DNA of 64,000 bases, taken from the NCBI GenBank assembly GCA_049614105.1, contig JBMZDF010000001.1, positions 24,338 through 88,337 of the forward strand, given 5' to 3'. How positions within the stretch are numbered: position 1 is the stretch's first letter; the number at the start of each line of letters is the position of its first letter. Positions 25,550 to 34,830 of this stretch are shown piece after piece. The stretch is from Candidatus Promineifilaceae bacterium (GTDB lineage Bacteria > Chloroflexota > Anaerolineae > Promineifilales > Promineifilaceae). Below the pieces are notes generated by a model. That model made no database searches and was not told where the DNA came from. It saw nothing but the letters and a program-made list of their open reading frames with translations. The position numbers were made by a program, and so were the translations under genes.

Positions 25550-26560
25550 CTAACTATGAATGCTTGTCAAATTGTGTTTGAGGGCAAACTTGACAAGGCC
25601 AGGGAGGTGAGAAATATTTAGCTTGCGCATAATATGAGCGCGATGGGTGCGGATGGTGACGTCGCTTAAGCTAAGCTGGATACCAATCTGGGCGGTTGTG
25701 TCGCCGTTACATAACAAGCTCAAAACCTCGCGCTCGCGTTCTGACAAACCAGCGAGTGCTGTAGATTCGGCATTGAGGGGGTTATTTTCGGCCGAACGAG
25801 GCGCAACCACAATCCCGTGCAAGTACCGCTGCATCTGATCCGCCCGCTGCCACACAGTTTGTAATAAATCAATGCTTCTACGATTTGTTGAGCTGTGCGC
25901 CGTTAAACTTTGAGTCGCTAAGTGCAAGTCAGTTGTTATAGCCGTTAAGTTGTCGAGCAACTGTTGATTAATAATATTAGCTAGCTCTAACTGCGTCATC
26001 GGCCGCGTTTGTAAAAGCTGGCTTGTGAAAGAATAGAGCTGTTGATTTTGCTCTTGTAGCAATCGCAACAGTTGTTCTTTCTCTAGCTGCTGCTGACAAC
26101 GTAACTCGATTTCAGCCTGTAACTCAGCCGTTTTGGCTGTCACTGTTTCTTCGAGCTGTTCGTTTGTTGTTATCAATACCTGCTGTAGGGTCGCAAGCGT
26201 GATATGAGTGCGGATGCGGGCCAAAACGTCCGCTGCGTTAACTGGCTTCGTGATGTAATCGACCCCTCCTGCCTCGAACCCCATTAGGCGATCGTCCGTA
26301 TCAGTTAGAGCAGAAAGAAACAGGATAGGCGTGTTGGCAATATCTGGGTTGGCTTTAATGGCACGACACGTCTCATAGCCGTTCATGCCTGGCATTCGTA
26401 CATCAAGCAAAATCAGATCGGGGCGTGCTTGTGCCGCCAGTTCAACGGCATCAATGCCGTTTCCTGCGGCGAGTATGTGGTATTCCTCTGAATCTAAATA
26501 GTCAAAAAGAACAGCGAGATTAGCAAGGTTATCATCAACGACCAGAAGTGTATGTTTCAT
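25550..26560 (-). CDS. Response regulator: REC, coiled coil and a LuxR-type HTH
   Basis: MKHTLLVVDD...LILLDVRMPGMNGYE...ILFLSALTD...GGVDYITKPV is a REC domain. The C-terminus LSEREREVLSLLCNGDTTAQIGIQLSLSDVTIRTHRAHIMRKL is a LuxR-type HTH. Confidence 0.8.
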   Translation of the reverse strand: MKHTLLVVDDNLANLAVLFDYLDSEEYHILAAGNGIDAVELAAQARPDLILLDVRMPGMNGYETCRAIKANPDIANTPILFLSALTDTDDRLMGFEAGGVDYITKPVNAADVLARIRTHITLATLQQVLITTNEQLEETVTAKTAELQAEIELRCQQQLEKEQLLRLLQEQNQQLYSFTSQLLQTRPMTQLELANIINQQLLDNLTAITTDLHLATQSLTAHSSTNRRSIDLLQTVWQRADQMQRYLHGIVVAPRSAENNPLNAESTALAGLSEREREVLSLLCNGDTTAQIGIQLSLSDVTIRTHRAHIMRKLNISHLPGLVKFALKHNLTSIHS

Positions 26561-26976
26561 ATTGTAGATTGTGTTGCGGTGGTTTCTTCTGCAAGCCACT
26601 AACATCGTTTGTGTATACAGAACGAGCGGAGCAGGATCAATGCTTGTGTGCTAAATGTCGGGTATTCGGCCGAAATTGTTTCCAACACGCCTTTTACCCC
26701 AGAAATATCCCTAGTTCCCCAGTTAATGCAACTGTAGCCGTCACGCAACGGATGGGAGGGTAAGCGTTTATTCTGGAGTTTTGTTGTCTGGATGATAGGT
26801 TTATTCGATGTGGAGCAATGCTTAGTTCGTATCTAGCAACTATTCTATAAAATGGATTAGGTGAAAAGTCGTTGGTCGCCAGCGTTCGGACAGATAAATT
26901 CAATCAGTTTCGTATAATGTGGTTTGTATCATAATAAGGGGGCGTCGTCTGTAGGGCTATTTTCGGCCGAGTTCAC

Positions 26977-26995
26977 CGCAACGAATATCGTTGCG
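26977..26995. repeat. CGCAACGA-N3-TCGTTGCG hairpin, family copy 3
   Basis: The sequence cgcaacga ata tcgttgcg lies in the intergenic region upstream of 27084. Confidence 0.8.
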
Positions 26996-27083
26996 ATAGA
27001 CAGGCCTTTCTCGTCTGTTAAATCAATCAATAAGGCGGTTGGCCTCTACCCTCCTAGGGTAGACCTACCCGCAATGATTCCAA

Positions 27084-29300
27084 TTGTGCGCTGTAAAAGC
27101 TCACCACTATTGCATGTACTTGTTTTTCCTGTTTGCTGTTCTTGCACTCATGGTGCTCGTTTCGATTGTCACTCTTGATGCAAAAGAGGCTGCACTCGGT
27201 CGCCTAGGCTGGCGCATTGGATTTCTGTTGCTGTTCATCATTGGTGGATTGGTTGGCGTGCGCTATTCAATCACACGTGCCGTTCCCTGTTTTCCAGATT
27301 GCACAGGTATTAATTTTTTAGATCGCAACTTCAGTGAACGCGACTTTACCAGTGGTAATTTCGTGGACTCTTACATGCCGCGCGTCGATTTTAGCAATGC
27401 AGATCTACGCAATAGCGACTTTTCGGGTGCAAACCTTCGGCACAGTGATTTTAAGGGCGCAGATTTGCGATTCACTTTTTTCATTGGGACTGATTTGGAA
27501 AGCGCCGATTTGGGTGCGGCTCAATTGCAAAATGCATCGTTTCAAGGGGCAGATTTAACCGAGAGCAATTTGGCAGGTGTGAATCTCTCACAGACCGATT
27601 TATCAGGTGCAATACTCAACCGAGCCACGTTGGTTGGTGCAGATTTGTCGGGTGCGCGGCTTACAGGAATTGAGTTGCGTGGCGCAGATTTAAGTGGCGC
27701 AGATTTAAGTGGCGCACAGCTTGCTGGTGCATCTTTGAGCGAGGCAAATCTAAGCGGCGCGGATTTAAGCGGTGCTAATTTGCAAGGCACATTCATAAAC
27801 CTTGCCACCCTAACTGGAGCCGATTTGACCGATGCGAAATTAGCAGGGGCGAGTCTGATCGGCACCGATTTATCATCGGTGAATTTACGGCGTGCCGAGC
27901 TAGTCGGTGCGCTCATTATGGGCGCTCGATTTGACGGGGCCGATTTACGCGGCGCACAGCTTCGTTATATGCGCGATGTCGATCAGGTTACGCCCGAAGA
28001 TTTAGAACTGGACCCTGTACTTGCGGGTATGAACGCCCTTCAACGCGAAGCGATCACCGTCCCTAGCCGTCTTGAGGGCATTGTTGTGGATGCCAACACG
28101 CTTGCCCCGGCCGAACTATTGCCTGCTGTTGCCCAAGTAGCCGAAGATACGACAGAGCGACAGGTTAATGTCGCTATTTTGCATTCTGTTAGCGGCGATT
28201 TGGCGTTTGGGGAATCGGCCGTGCTCGATGCAACGCTGCTTGCCATCCGCGAGATCAACGCGGCAGGTGGCATCTTGGGACGCAAGATCGTGCCAATTGT
28301 TGAAGATGGGGCTAGCGACCCAAGAGTGTTTGCAGAGAAAACAACCAAATTGTTAGAAATCGACGAAGTAGACGTGATGTTTGGCGTCTCAACAACCGCC
28401 AGTCGCAAGGCAATCATTCCTATCTTAGATAAAAACAGCAGTTTGCTTTTCTATCCCACACAGCACGAAGGGTTGGAAGTATCTGACAATATTATTTACA
28501 TGGGCGCTGACCCATCTCAGCAAATTGTGCCAACCATTGAATACCTTTTAGCGGAAGGGTTTGAAACCTTTTTCTTGATCGGCTCAGATCGTGAATATGC
28601 CCACATTGCCCACCCGCTTATCAAAGCACAGCTTGCCAATGCGGGTGCAGAGGTCACTGGTGAAGTGCTGGTTCCCCTTAAAAACACAAACTTAGCGGCT
28701 GCCGTGCGCGAAATCGCCTTTTTGAAACCAGCCGTTGTCATCAATACGCTGGTTGGCGTTTCCAACAAAGCTTTTTTTGAAGCTTTTGCCGAAGAACGCA
28801 TCGCACCGACATCGTTGCCGATCATATCGTTTGGCATGGGTGAAACAGAGGTACAGGAGGTGGGCGTTGAATTTGTTGCGGGTCATTTGATTGCTGCCAG
28901 CTATTTTCAGACGGTTAACACCATTGAGAATTTCACATTTGTCGATGCCTATAAAGAAACACACGGGCGAGAGTCGGTTACCTCAGATGCGATTATGTAT
29001 GGGTATGCGTCTGTCTATTTGTGGGAAGCCTTGGTTCGACAAGCGCGGTCTTTTGATGTGGAGGCGATCAAACAAGTAGTTGAGGAAATCCCCATTGAGT
29101 TAGAAACGCCCAACGGGATGATCCAGCTTGATGCTGAGACAAAGTATATTGCCAAACCGTTACGCATCGGCCGAATTCGGGATGATGGTCTAATCGAAGA
29201 GATATTTACCACAGGGAACCTGATCGCCCCCGACCCGTTTCTGACAGAGTACGATTGGGCCGAGGAAATAGTAACCCTTTTGTTGGAGGAAGAAGAATGA
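27084..29300 (+). CDS. Membrane protein fusing a long pentapeptide-repeat array to a type-1 periplasmic-binding (AmiC/UrtA/Liv-like) domain
   Basis: Two TM segments are followed by ~40 A(D/N)LxG-type pentapeptides. After these comes VNVAILHSVSGDLAFGESAVLDATLLAIREINAAGGILGRKIVPIVEDGASDP..., typical of PBP1 amide/urea/branched-chain binders. The exact start is uncertain. Confidence 0.7.
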   Translation: MCAVKAHHYCMYLFFLFAVLALMVLVSIVTLDAKEAALGRLGWRIGFLLLFIIGGLVGVRYSITRAVPCFPDCTGINFLDRNFSERDFTSGNFVDSYMPRVDFSNADLRNSDFSGANLRHSDFKGADLRFTFFIGTDLESADLGAAQLQNASFQGADLTESNLAGVNLSQTDLSGAILNRATLVGADLSGARLTGIELRGADLSGADLSGAQLAGASLSEANLSGADLSGANLQGTFINLATLTGADLTDAKLAGASLIGTDLSSVNLRRAELVGALIMGARFDGADLRGAQLRYMRDVDQVTPEDLELDPVLAGMNALQREAITVPSRLEGIVVDANTLAPAELLPAVAQVAEDTTERQVNVAILHSVSGDLAFGESAVLDATLLAIREINAAGGILGRKIVPIVEDGASDPRVFAEKTTKLLEIDEVDVMFGVSTTASRKAIIPILDKNSSLLFYPTQHEGLEVSDNIIYMGADPSQQIVPTIEYLLAEGFETFFLIGSDREYAHIAHPLIKAQLANAGAEVTGEVLVPLKNTNLAAAVREIAFLKPAVVINTLVGVSNKAFFEAFAEERIAPTSLPIISFGMGETEVQEVGVEFVAGHLIAASYFQTVNTIENFTFVDAYKETHGRESVTSDAIMYGYASVYLWEALVRQARSFDVEAIKQVVEEIPIELETPNGMIQLDAETKYIAKPLRIGRIRDDGLIEEIFTTGNLIAPDPFLTEYDWAEEIVTLLLEEEE

Positions 29301-30271
29301 AACAGTTCAGTTTACTCTGCTTCCTGCTTTTGTTGATTGCCTGTGGCAACAACACCTTGCAGTTGCCCGCAGGATGCCCGCCAGCCTGCAACGGCATTAA
29401 CTTGCGGGGGCGCAACTTGCAAGGGGCAGATTTAGCAGGTGCAGATTTACAAAAAGCGAACCTTGCACGCGCCAATTTGCGAAATGCACAGCTTGCGGGG
29501 GCAAATTTAAGTGGCGCAAATTTAGACCAGGCGGTACTCTCGCAGGCCGATCTGACAGAGACAAACTTTACAGGCGCATCAATGGTAAAGGCGACTTTAA
29601 CCAGTGCGATATTAGATGGCACAATTTTGGCAAGCACCGATTTAACAGAGGCGACGCTTACACGTGTGGATCTGACTTCGGCCGATTTGACAGCCATCAC
29701 GCTTAGAAGTACACGACTTATCGGCGCACGCCTGTTTGGTGTCGATCTTAGCGGGGCCGATTTGCGGCAGGCCAATCTGACGGGGGCAAACCTAACGGGG
29801 GCCAATCTTTCAGGGGCCAACCTTAGCACCGACGACGAGCGACAAGATGGCGCAGACCTCAGCGGGGCCGATCTACGCAGCGTCAATTTGAACGGTGCAA
29901 ACCTGACCCGCGCACGGCTGCGCGGCACGCTTTTCGACAACGCCTCACTCATTGAAGCGATTCTACATGCCAATCTATCTGGTGCGCGTATGATCAATGC
30001 CGACCTCAGCAACGCCAATATGGAAGCGGGCATTTTCAGCGGTGTCGATCTAACACGTGCGACGCTCAATGGGGCGCAGCTAGAGGGCGCTTTGCTCAAC
30101 GGCACAAATCTACACGGCGCATCACTTCAAGAGGCGACACTTATTACACGTGAAGGCAACACGATAGAAATAGTCAACCTTAGCGGCGCTCATTATGATT
30201 CTGAGACACGCTGGACGACAGGATTCGCCCCACCACCCATCGCAATTTTTGATGCCGACCCCACAGAATAA
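29297..30271 (+). CDS. Pentapeptide-repeat lipoprotein
   Basis: MKQFSLLCFLLLLIACGNN is a lipobox-type signal, followed by continuous pentapeptide repeats. Its ATGA overlaps the upstream gene. Confidence 0.75.
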   Translation: MKQFSLLCFLLLLIACGNNTLQLPAGCPPACNGINLRGRNLQGADLAGADLQKANLARANLRNAQLAGANLSGANLDQAVLSQADLTETNFTGASMVKATLTSAILDGTILASTDLTEATLTRVDLTSADLTAITLRSTRLIGARLFGVDLSGADLRQANLTGANLTGANLSGANLSTDDERQDGADLSGADLRSVNLNGANLTRARLRGTLFDNASLIEAILHANLSGARMINADLSNANMEAGIFSGVDLTRATLNGAQLEGALLNGTNLHGASLQEATLITREGNTIEIVNLSGAHYDSETRWTTGFAPPPIAIFDADPTE

Positions 30272-30273
30272 TT

Positions 30274-31488
30274 ATGAGCACTCGTCGCAAGCTACTTATC
30301 TGGTTGTTTCTAAGCATCATCACGGCCATAGGGGCAACCGCGATTTATCGCCAGGTGCAGCCAACAACTGGCGAAGATGGTGCTTCGGCCGTGTCGGATG
30401 ACCCCACTGTTGCAGAAGAACAAGACACATCGGCGTTACGCTCTAACGTCGAACAAATTCAAGAGCAGCTACAGGATTGGGTTGTAGAAGTACGCGCTTT
30501 AGTTTTGTCAGAGGAGCCGATCGGCACAACCACAGAAGGCTCCCTTGTTATTTACAGCACGGCATTTGAAGAGTCGCTGATTAACTACATCACGGCATTC
30601 CGCACAAAGTACCCCGAAATCACGATCACCTATGAGTTGATGGAGATTGCTGAATTAACGGCCCGCGTAACGGCGGAGAGGGACGACCCATATGCGGATG
30701 TGCTTTGGGGTGTACCTGCTACAACTGTTCAATGGCTTGCGTGGCAGGATACGCTTGCCGCTTATGCTCCCTCGCATGTTCAAAAGCTGCCGCTCTCGTT
30801 TCGTGACAATCTGACCCCCCCAGAGTGGGTTGGATTCGCTGCGTGGATGAATGCTATTTGCGTCAACAAACAGATGTTGCAAGCGGCAGGGCTTCCCATT
30901 CCTAAAACATGGGCGGACTTAACTGACCCACAATATCAAGATATGATCTTGATGCCAAACCCTAAAGCGTCTCAAACGGGGTATTTGGCCTTACAAGCTT
31001 TCATAGATTTATATGGTGAAGTTGACGCTTGGGCGTTTATGGATTTGCTCGACAAAAATATTCGCGCCTATCCTGACTCAGCGACAGGGTCATGCAGGGC
31101 GGTGGGCGATGGTGACGTGCCGATTGCTATTTCATACGCATTTGTGGCCACAGAACAGGCTAAAGAAATAGAATCTGCTATTGCAGTCTTTCCCAGCGAG
31201 GGCACAGGATGGGAAATAGAAGCTGCGGGTCTCATTCGCAAGTTTCCTGTCAAGCCTGCCGCGATGACTTTGATGGACTTTATTATTAGCGAAGAGGCGA
31301 TGCACGAGTATGGTCAAAGCTTTGCTGTTACCGCCATCGAATTAGACTATTTACGAGTTCCAGTTGGGTATCCTGAGGAGCCTAGCGCCATTCTGGTTAA
31401 AAAGGATTTTACGTGGGCAAGTGCAAACAGTACCCGTTTGTTAGATGAGTGGCAGCAGCGCTATGAACGGTCGGCCCAAGAACCGTAA
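30274..31488 (+). CDS. Orphan ABC-type extracellular solute-binding protein (family-1, Fe3+/polyamine-like) with no permease or ATPase nearby
   Basis: It has an N-terminal anchor. LVIYSTAFEESLINYITAFRTKYPEITITYELMEIAELTARVTAERDDPYADVLWGVPATT has the SBP family-1 signature architecture. Confidence 0.65.
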   Translation: MSTRRKLLIWLFLSIITAIGATAIYRQVQPTTGEDGASAVSDDPTVAEEQDTSALRSNVEQIQEQLQDWVVEVRALVLSEEPIGTTTEGSLVIYSTAFEESLINYITAFRTKYPEITITYELMEIAELTARVTAERDDPYADVLWGVPATTVQWLAWQDTLAAYAPSHVQKLPLSFRDNLTPPEWVGFAAWMNAICVNKQMLQAAGLPIPKTWADLTDPQYQDMILMPNPKASQTGYLALQAFIDLYGEVDAWAFMDLLDKNIRAYPDSATGSCRAVGDGDVPIAISYAFVATEQAKEIESAIAVFPSEGTGWEIEAAGLIRKFPVKPAAMTLMDFIISEEAMHEYGQSFAVTAIELDYLRVPVGYPEEPSAILVKKDFTWASANSTRLLDEWQQRYERSAQEP

Positions 31489-31506
31489 GGATGGAGTAAC
31501 GAGGCA

Positions 31507-33756
31507 GTGAAGTTTTTTAGAGACCTCAAAATCCGAACAAAAGTTACAATGCTTTTGTTTACCGTTGTAATCATCGCCTTTCTGGCCGTAAGCAGTATTG
31601 CTTGGTTTACGACCCGTTCGGTTTTGCAAACGGATGCTTTTAACCAGATTACGAGTGTGCGTGAAGTGCGGAAAGATGAGATCGAGCGTTATTTCAAAAC
31701 ACTGCGCAGTGAGTTGCAGTTGTTGTCGCAGGACGAAAATATCATCGATGCGATGCAGACATTGCACGCAGGTTTTATTGAGCTGGAAAATGTTGTTATT
31801 TCGGCCGAACAAGAAACCAATCTCAACAACTTCTACGACAGTGAGTTTTTGCAAAAGCTAGAAGCGAACATGCGGCGTGATTTATCAATTGAGGACTATC
31901 GGCCGCAGGGAAATGTGGCCGCTTACCTACAGTATCACTATCTTGCAAACAACCCGAATCCCACTGGCGAAAAACACCTGCTCGACCAAGCGGACGACGA
32001 CAGCAGCTACAGCAACGCACACGCTCGCTACCATCCGTTGCTGCGCACCTTTCTCGATCTTTTCCAATATTACGATCTCTTCCTCATAGACCCAGAAACA
32101 CGCACTATTGTCTATTCTGTGTTCAAGGAAGTGGACTATGCATCCAACCTGATCGATGGTCCCTATGCAACAAGCGGTCTTGGCGAGGCGGTTGACCGCA
32201 TACTAGAAAATCCTGACCCAGCACGGATTGATGTGGTTGATTTCCGTGCATATGATCCGTCAGCACAAGCCCCTGCTATGTTTTTGGGCATGTCACTTTA
32301 TGCGGGTGAAACATTGATCGGCGTGCTGGTTATTCAAGCCCCAGTTGACGAGATTGATCAAGTGATGACCAGTGGGCAAGCATGGGAAGAAAAAGGTCTA
32401 GGGGTGAGCGGTGAAACCTATCTGGTCGGAGCCGACCACCTTATGCGCTCCATGTCCCGTTTTTTAATCGAGGACAAATTAGGCTATTTGCAGGCGCTGC
32501 GTAACGCGGACACGAATCAAGAACAGATCGACCTGATCGCCAATCTCGAAACATCAATTTTGCAGCAAGAAGTGAACACGGCGTCTGTTGAATTGGCGCT
32601 AGCGGGTCAGGATGGCGTCCACATTGTCAACGATTACCGTGGCGTAGCCGTGTTGAGTGCCTATGCGCCTGTTGAAATCGAAGGCTTCGACTGGGTGATT
32701 TTAGCCGAAATAGATGAGGCTGAAGTGTCGCAACCCATTATTAAGCAGCAGCGTTTCTTTCTGATGAGTGCGGGGGGCTTTGCGGTTGTGCTCAGCATTT
32801 TGTCCTATGTTGCCGTCAATTTGTTGATGCGCCCTATCGGCCGTCTCGTCGACAGGCAAAAGCGCGTTCGTGAAGGGGATTTTGAAACGCTTGTCCCGAC
32901 GAACTCGGCCGATGAAGTCGGCATCTTAACGTCATCATTTAATCAAATGGTTGAGAGCCTGCATGCACAACGCAGCGAACTCAAAAAACAGATCGGCGCA
33001 AATGATCGCTTGATGCTCAGCATTTTGCCTGATTCAATCGTGACACGTGTCAAACAGGGTGAGAAAAATATCGCGGAGCCAGTTGGTCAGGTAACGCTGT
33101 TGTTTGCCCGTTTGCGTGGTTTGTATGCGATGGAGACACGTTTTGAAGATGACAAGCACATCGCCCAATTGCTCAATCTGTTGTCTAACGAGTTAAATCG
33201 TGCGGCTGATACAGTTGGTGTGGTGAGACAGCCCGCTGTAAGCAATCGTTACACGTTTACCTGTGGTTTAGACGATGCTGCGCCCGATCACACAGAGCGA
33301 ACTATCAAATTGGCGTTGATGATGCGCAAACTGCTCAAAACGTTTAACGAACAGCACGGCACGCAATTAGCGGCCCAAATTGGGATTCACACGGGGCGTG
33401 TGTTGGCGACTGTTTCTGAAACACGCAAGCTGCATTTTGATTTGTGGGGAACAACTGTTGCCATCACAGACTCTATCGTGTCGATGGCGGCATCGGATGA
33501 GCTTTTAGTCTCACATGAGGTATACCAAAAGCTGCGTTTGGCGTATGATTTTGAGCAGCATGAGCCAGTTCTGTTGGAAAACGGGACGATATGGCGTGTG
33601 TGGCGGTTTGTGCCGTCGATAGAAGATGATATTTCGGCCGAATTAGCTACCGAAAACCTCAACCAAATATTAGCGCAAACTGGCACAGCGCTCACGTTAC
33701 CCGCTTCGATAAAGCCACGGCGCAGACGTCTGTGGAGACGATTTGTGCAGAAGTGA
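31507..33756 (+). CDS. Double-Cache-like sensor, HAMP and a class III cyclase-homology domain with substituted catalytic residues
   Basis: The architecture is TM, a ~370-aa extracytoplasmic region, TM, then HAMP (RPIGRLVDRQ...DEVGILTSSFNQMVESL). In the CHD, FADIxGFT reads FARLRGLY, the GD position reads SNRY, and GDTVNxASR reads GTTVAITDS. Confidence 0.7.
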   Translation: MKFFRDLKIRTKVTMLLFTVVIIAFLAVSSIAWFTTRSVLQTDAFNQITSVREVRKDEIERYFKTLRSELQLLSQDENIIDAMQTLHAGFIELENVVISAEQETNLNNFYDSEFLQKLEANMRRDLSIEDYRPQGNVAAYLQYHYLANNPNPTGEKHLLDQADDDSSYSNAHARYHPLLRTFLDLFQYYDLFLIDPETRTIVYSVFKEVDYASNLIDGPYATSGLGEAVDRILENPDPARIDVVDFRAYDPSAQAPAMFLGMSLYAGETLIGVLVIQAPVDEIDQVMTSGQAWEEKGLGVSGETYLVGADHLMRSMSRFLIEDKLGYLQALRNADTNQEQIDLIANLETSILQQEVNTASVELALAGQDGVHIVNDYRGVAVLSAYAPVEIEGFDWVILAEIDEAEVSQPIIKQQRFFLMSAGGFAVVLSILSYVAVNLLMRPIGRLVDRQKRVREGDFETLVPTNSADEVGILTSSFNQMVESLHAQRSELKKQIGANDRLMLSILPDSIVTRVKQGEKNIAEPVGQVTLLFARLRGLYAMETRFEDDKHIAQLLNLLSNELNRAADTVGVVRQPAVSNRYTFTCGLDDAAPDHTERTIKLALMMRKLLKTFNEQHGTQLAAQIGIHTGRVLATVSETRKLHFDLWGTTVAITDSIVSMAASDELLVSHEVYQKLRLAYDFEQHEPVLLENGTIWRVWRFVPSIEDDISAELATENLNQILAQTGTALTLPASIKPRRRRLWRRFVQK

Positions 33757-33789
33757 TACCAACCCAAATTGGCATCAACTTGATCCCTT

Positions 33790-34431
33790 ATGTTGCTACT
33801 GATAATTCCCACCCTTTTGCTCTTCTTTAGCATTGGTACGTTCACAACAATCCGCATGCGCCGTCAAAAACAGACTGGCGAAAAAATCATACCGCCACGC
33901 CTTAGCAAGCGCTCCGACAAGAAACGGCGCAAACTGCCGCAGTTGCTTGTTGCATGGTTTGAGGAGCGCGATAAGCACGGCGTTGGGGCATGGCTGCGCA
34001 AGCTACCCGCCAAAGAGCTAGCCTTGTTGACCAAAGATGTCACAGCTTATGCACACGATATGGGGTTTGATTTACTGTGGGTTGTGGACAAACAGATTGA
34101 TGATGTCGCCTTGCGCGAACAAATCAGCAACGCAGTTTACCAATATGTCTACTCATTTTATGCAGCAGTTGTTTCACGTGATGAGATGCAATTTTATATG
34201 TCGTTGACTGATTTTCTCAACAATCTCAACAGCCGTAAACATCGGGCGCAAATGCAGGCCGTCTTTAAACATTTAACTGACGATGGGGTTATTCCGTATT
34301 CGGCCGAACTTATATTCCAGCCCAAACACAAACGCCGCTATCAAATTGAGCAGTTGATCCTCAAAGCTTCCCAGACCAACCGTGAAGCCCTCAAGCAGGC
34401 ATTGCGTGCCACAAGTGTTACCCAGCAGTGA
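33790..34431 (+). CDS. Uncharacterised paralog family X, copy 2, with an N-terminal TM anchor
   Basis: The segment AWLRKLPAKELALLTKDVTAYAHDMGFDLLWVVDKQIDDVALREQI...RKHRAQMQAVFKHLTDDGVIP is colinear with the other copies. Confidence 0.6.
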   Translation: MLLLIIPTLLLFFSIGTFTTIRMRRQKQTGEKIIPPRLSKRSDKKRRKLPQLLVAWFEERDKHGVGAWLRKLPAKELALLTKDVTAYAHDMGFDLLWVVDKQIDDVALREQISNAVYQYVYSFYAAVVSRDEMQFYMSLTDFLNNLNSRKHRAQMQAVFKHLTDDGVIPYSAELIFQPKHKRRYQIEQLILKASQTNREALKQALRATSVTQQ

Positions 34432-34830
34432 TTTGTCCATATCTTGTGGTATTGTTGTCAATATAAAAGCCATGTTTTTTCGATATTAATCGTTTCAATG
34501 ATGGGAATCCATTGTTTCGATAATAGTAAAAAAAGGTGATTCAGTGATAATTATTGCTAGGAAGTATGTATATGATACTTTTCAGAAGCAGTGCTTAGTG
34601 TAGTTATAGAAAAATCAGGAAAAGCTGTAGCCCAATTTCCATAGTACCAATATCAATCTGAAGTAGCTTGGCGCAAGGTTCAGGCAAATTTTAGGTGCGT
34701 TGCAAGCAGAGTTAGATTAATTAATTTGTGGTTTCCTCAAAATTAGTTCAATCTGGGTTTGGTCTGCATTATTGTGACTTGTCTGGGAATCATTCCGCAA
34801 TCTTGAATAAAGGGGAATAGAATCAATACT

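Noticed and set aside
29206-30105. A 299-aa minus-strand ORF, and a 124-aa minus-strand ORF at 27542-27916
   Set aside because: Both lie antisense to the pentapeptide-repeat genes. Their translations are low-complexity SAP/LR repeats produced by the periodic repeat DNA. The plus-strand genes have signal peptides, operon coupling and recognisable domains.
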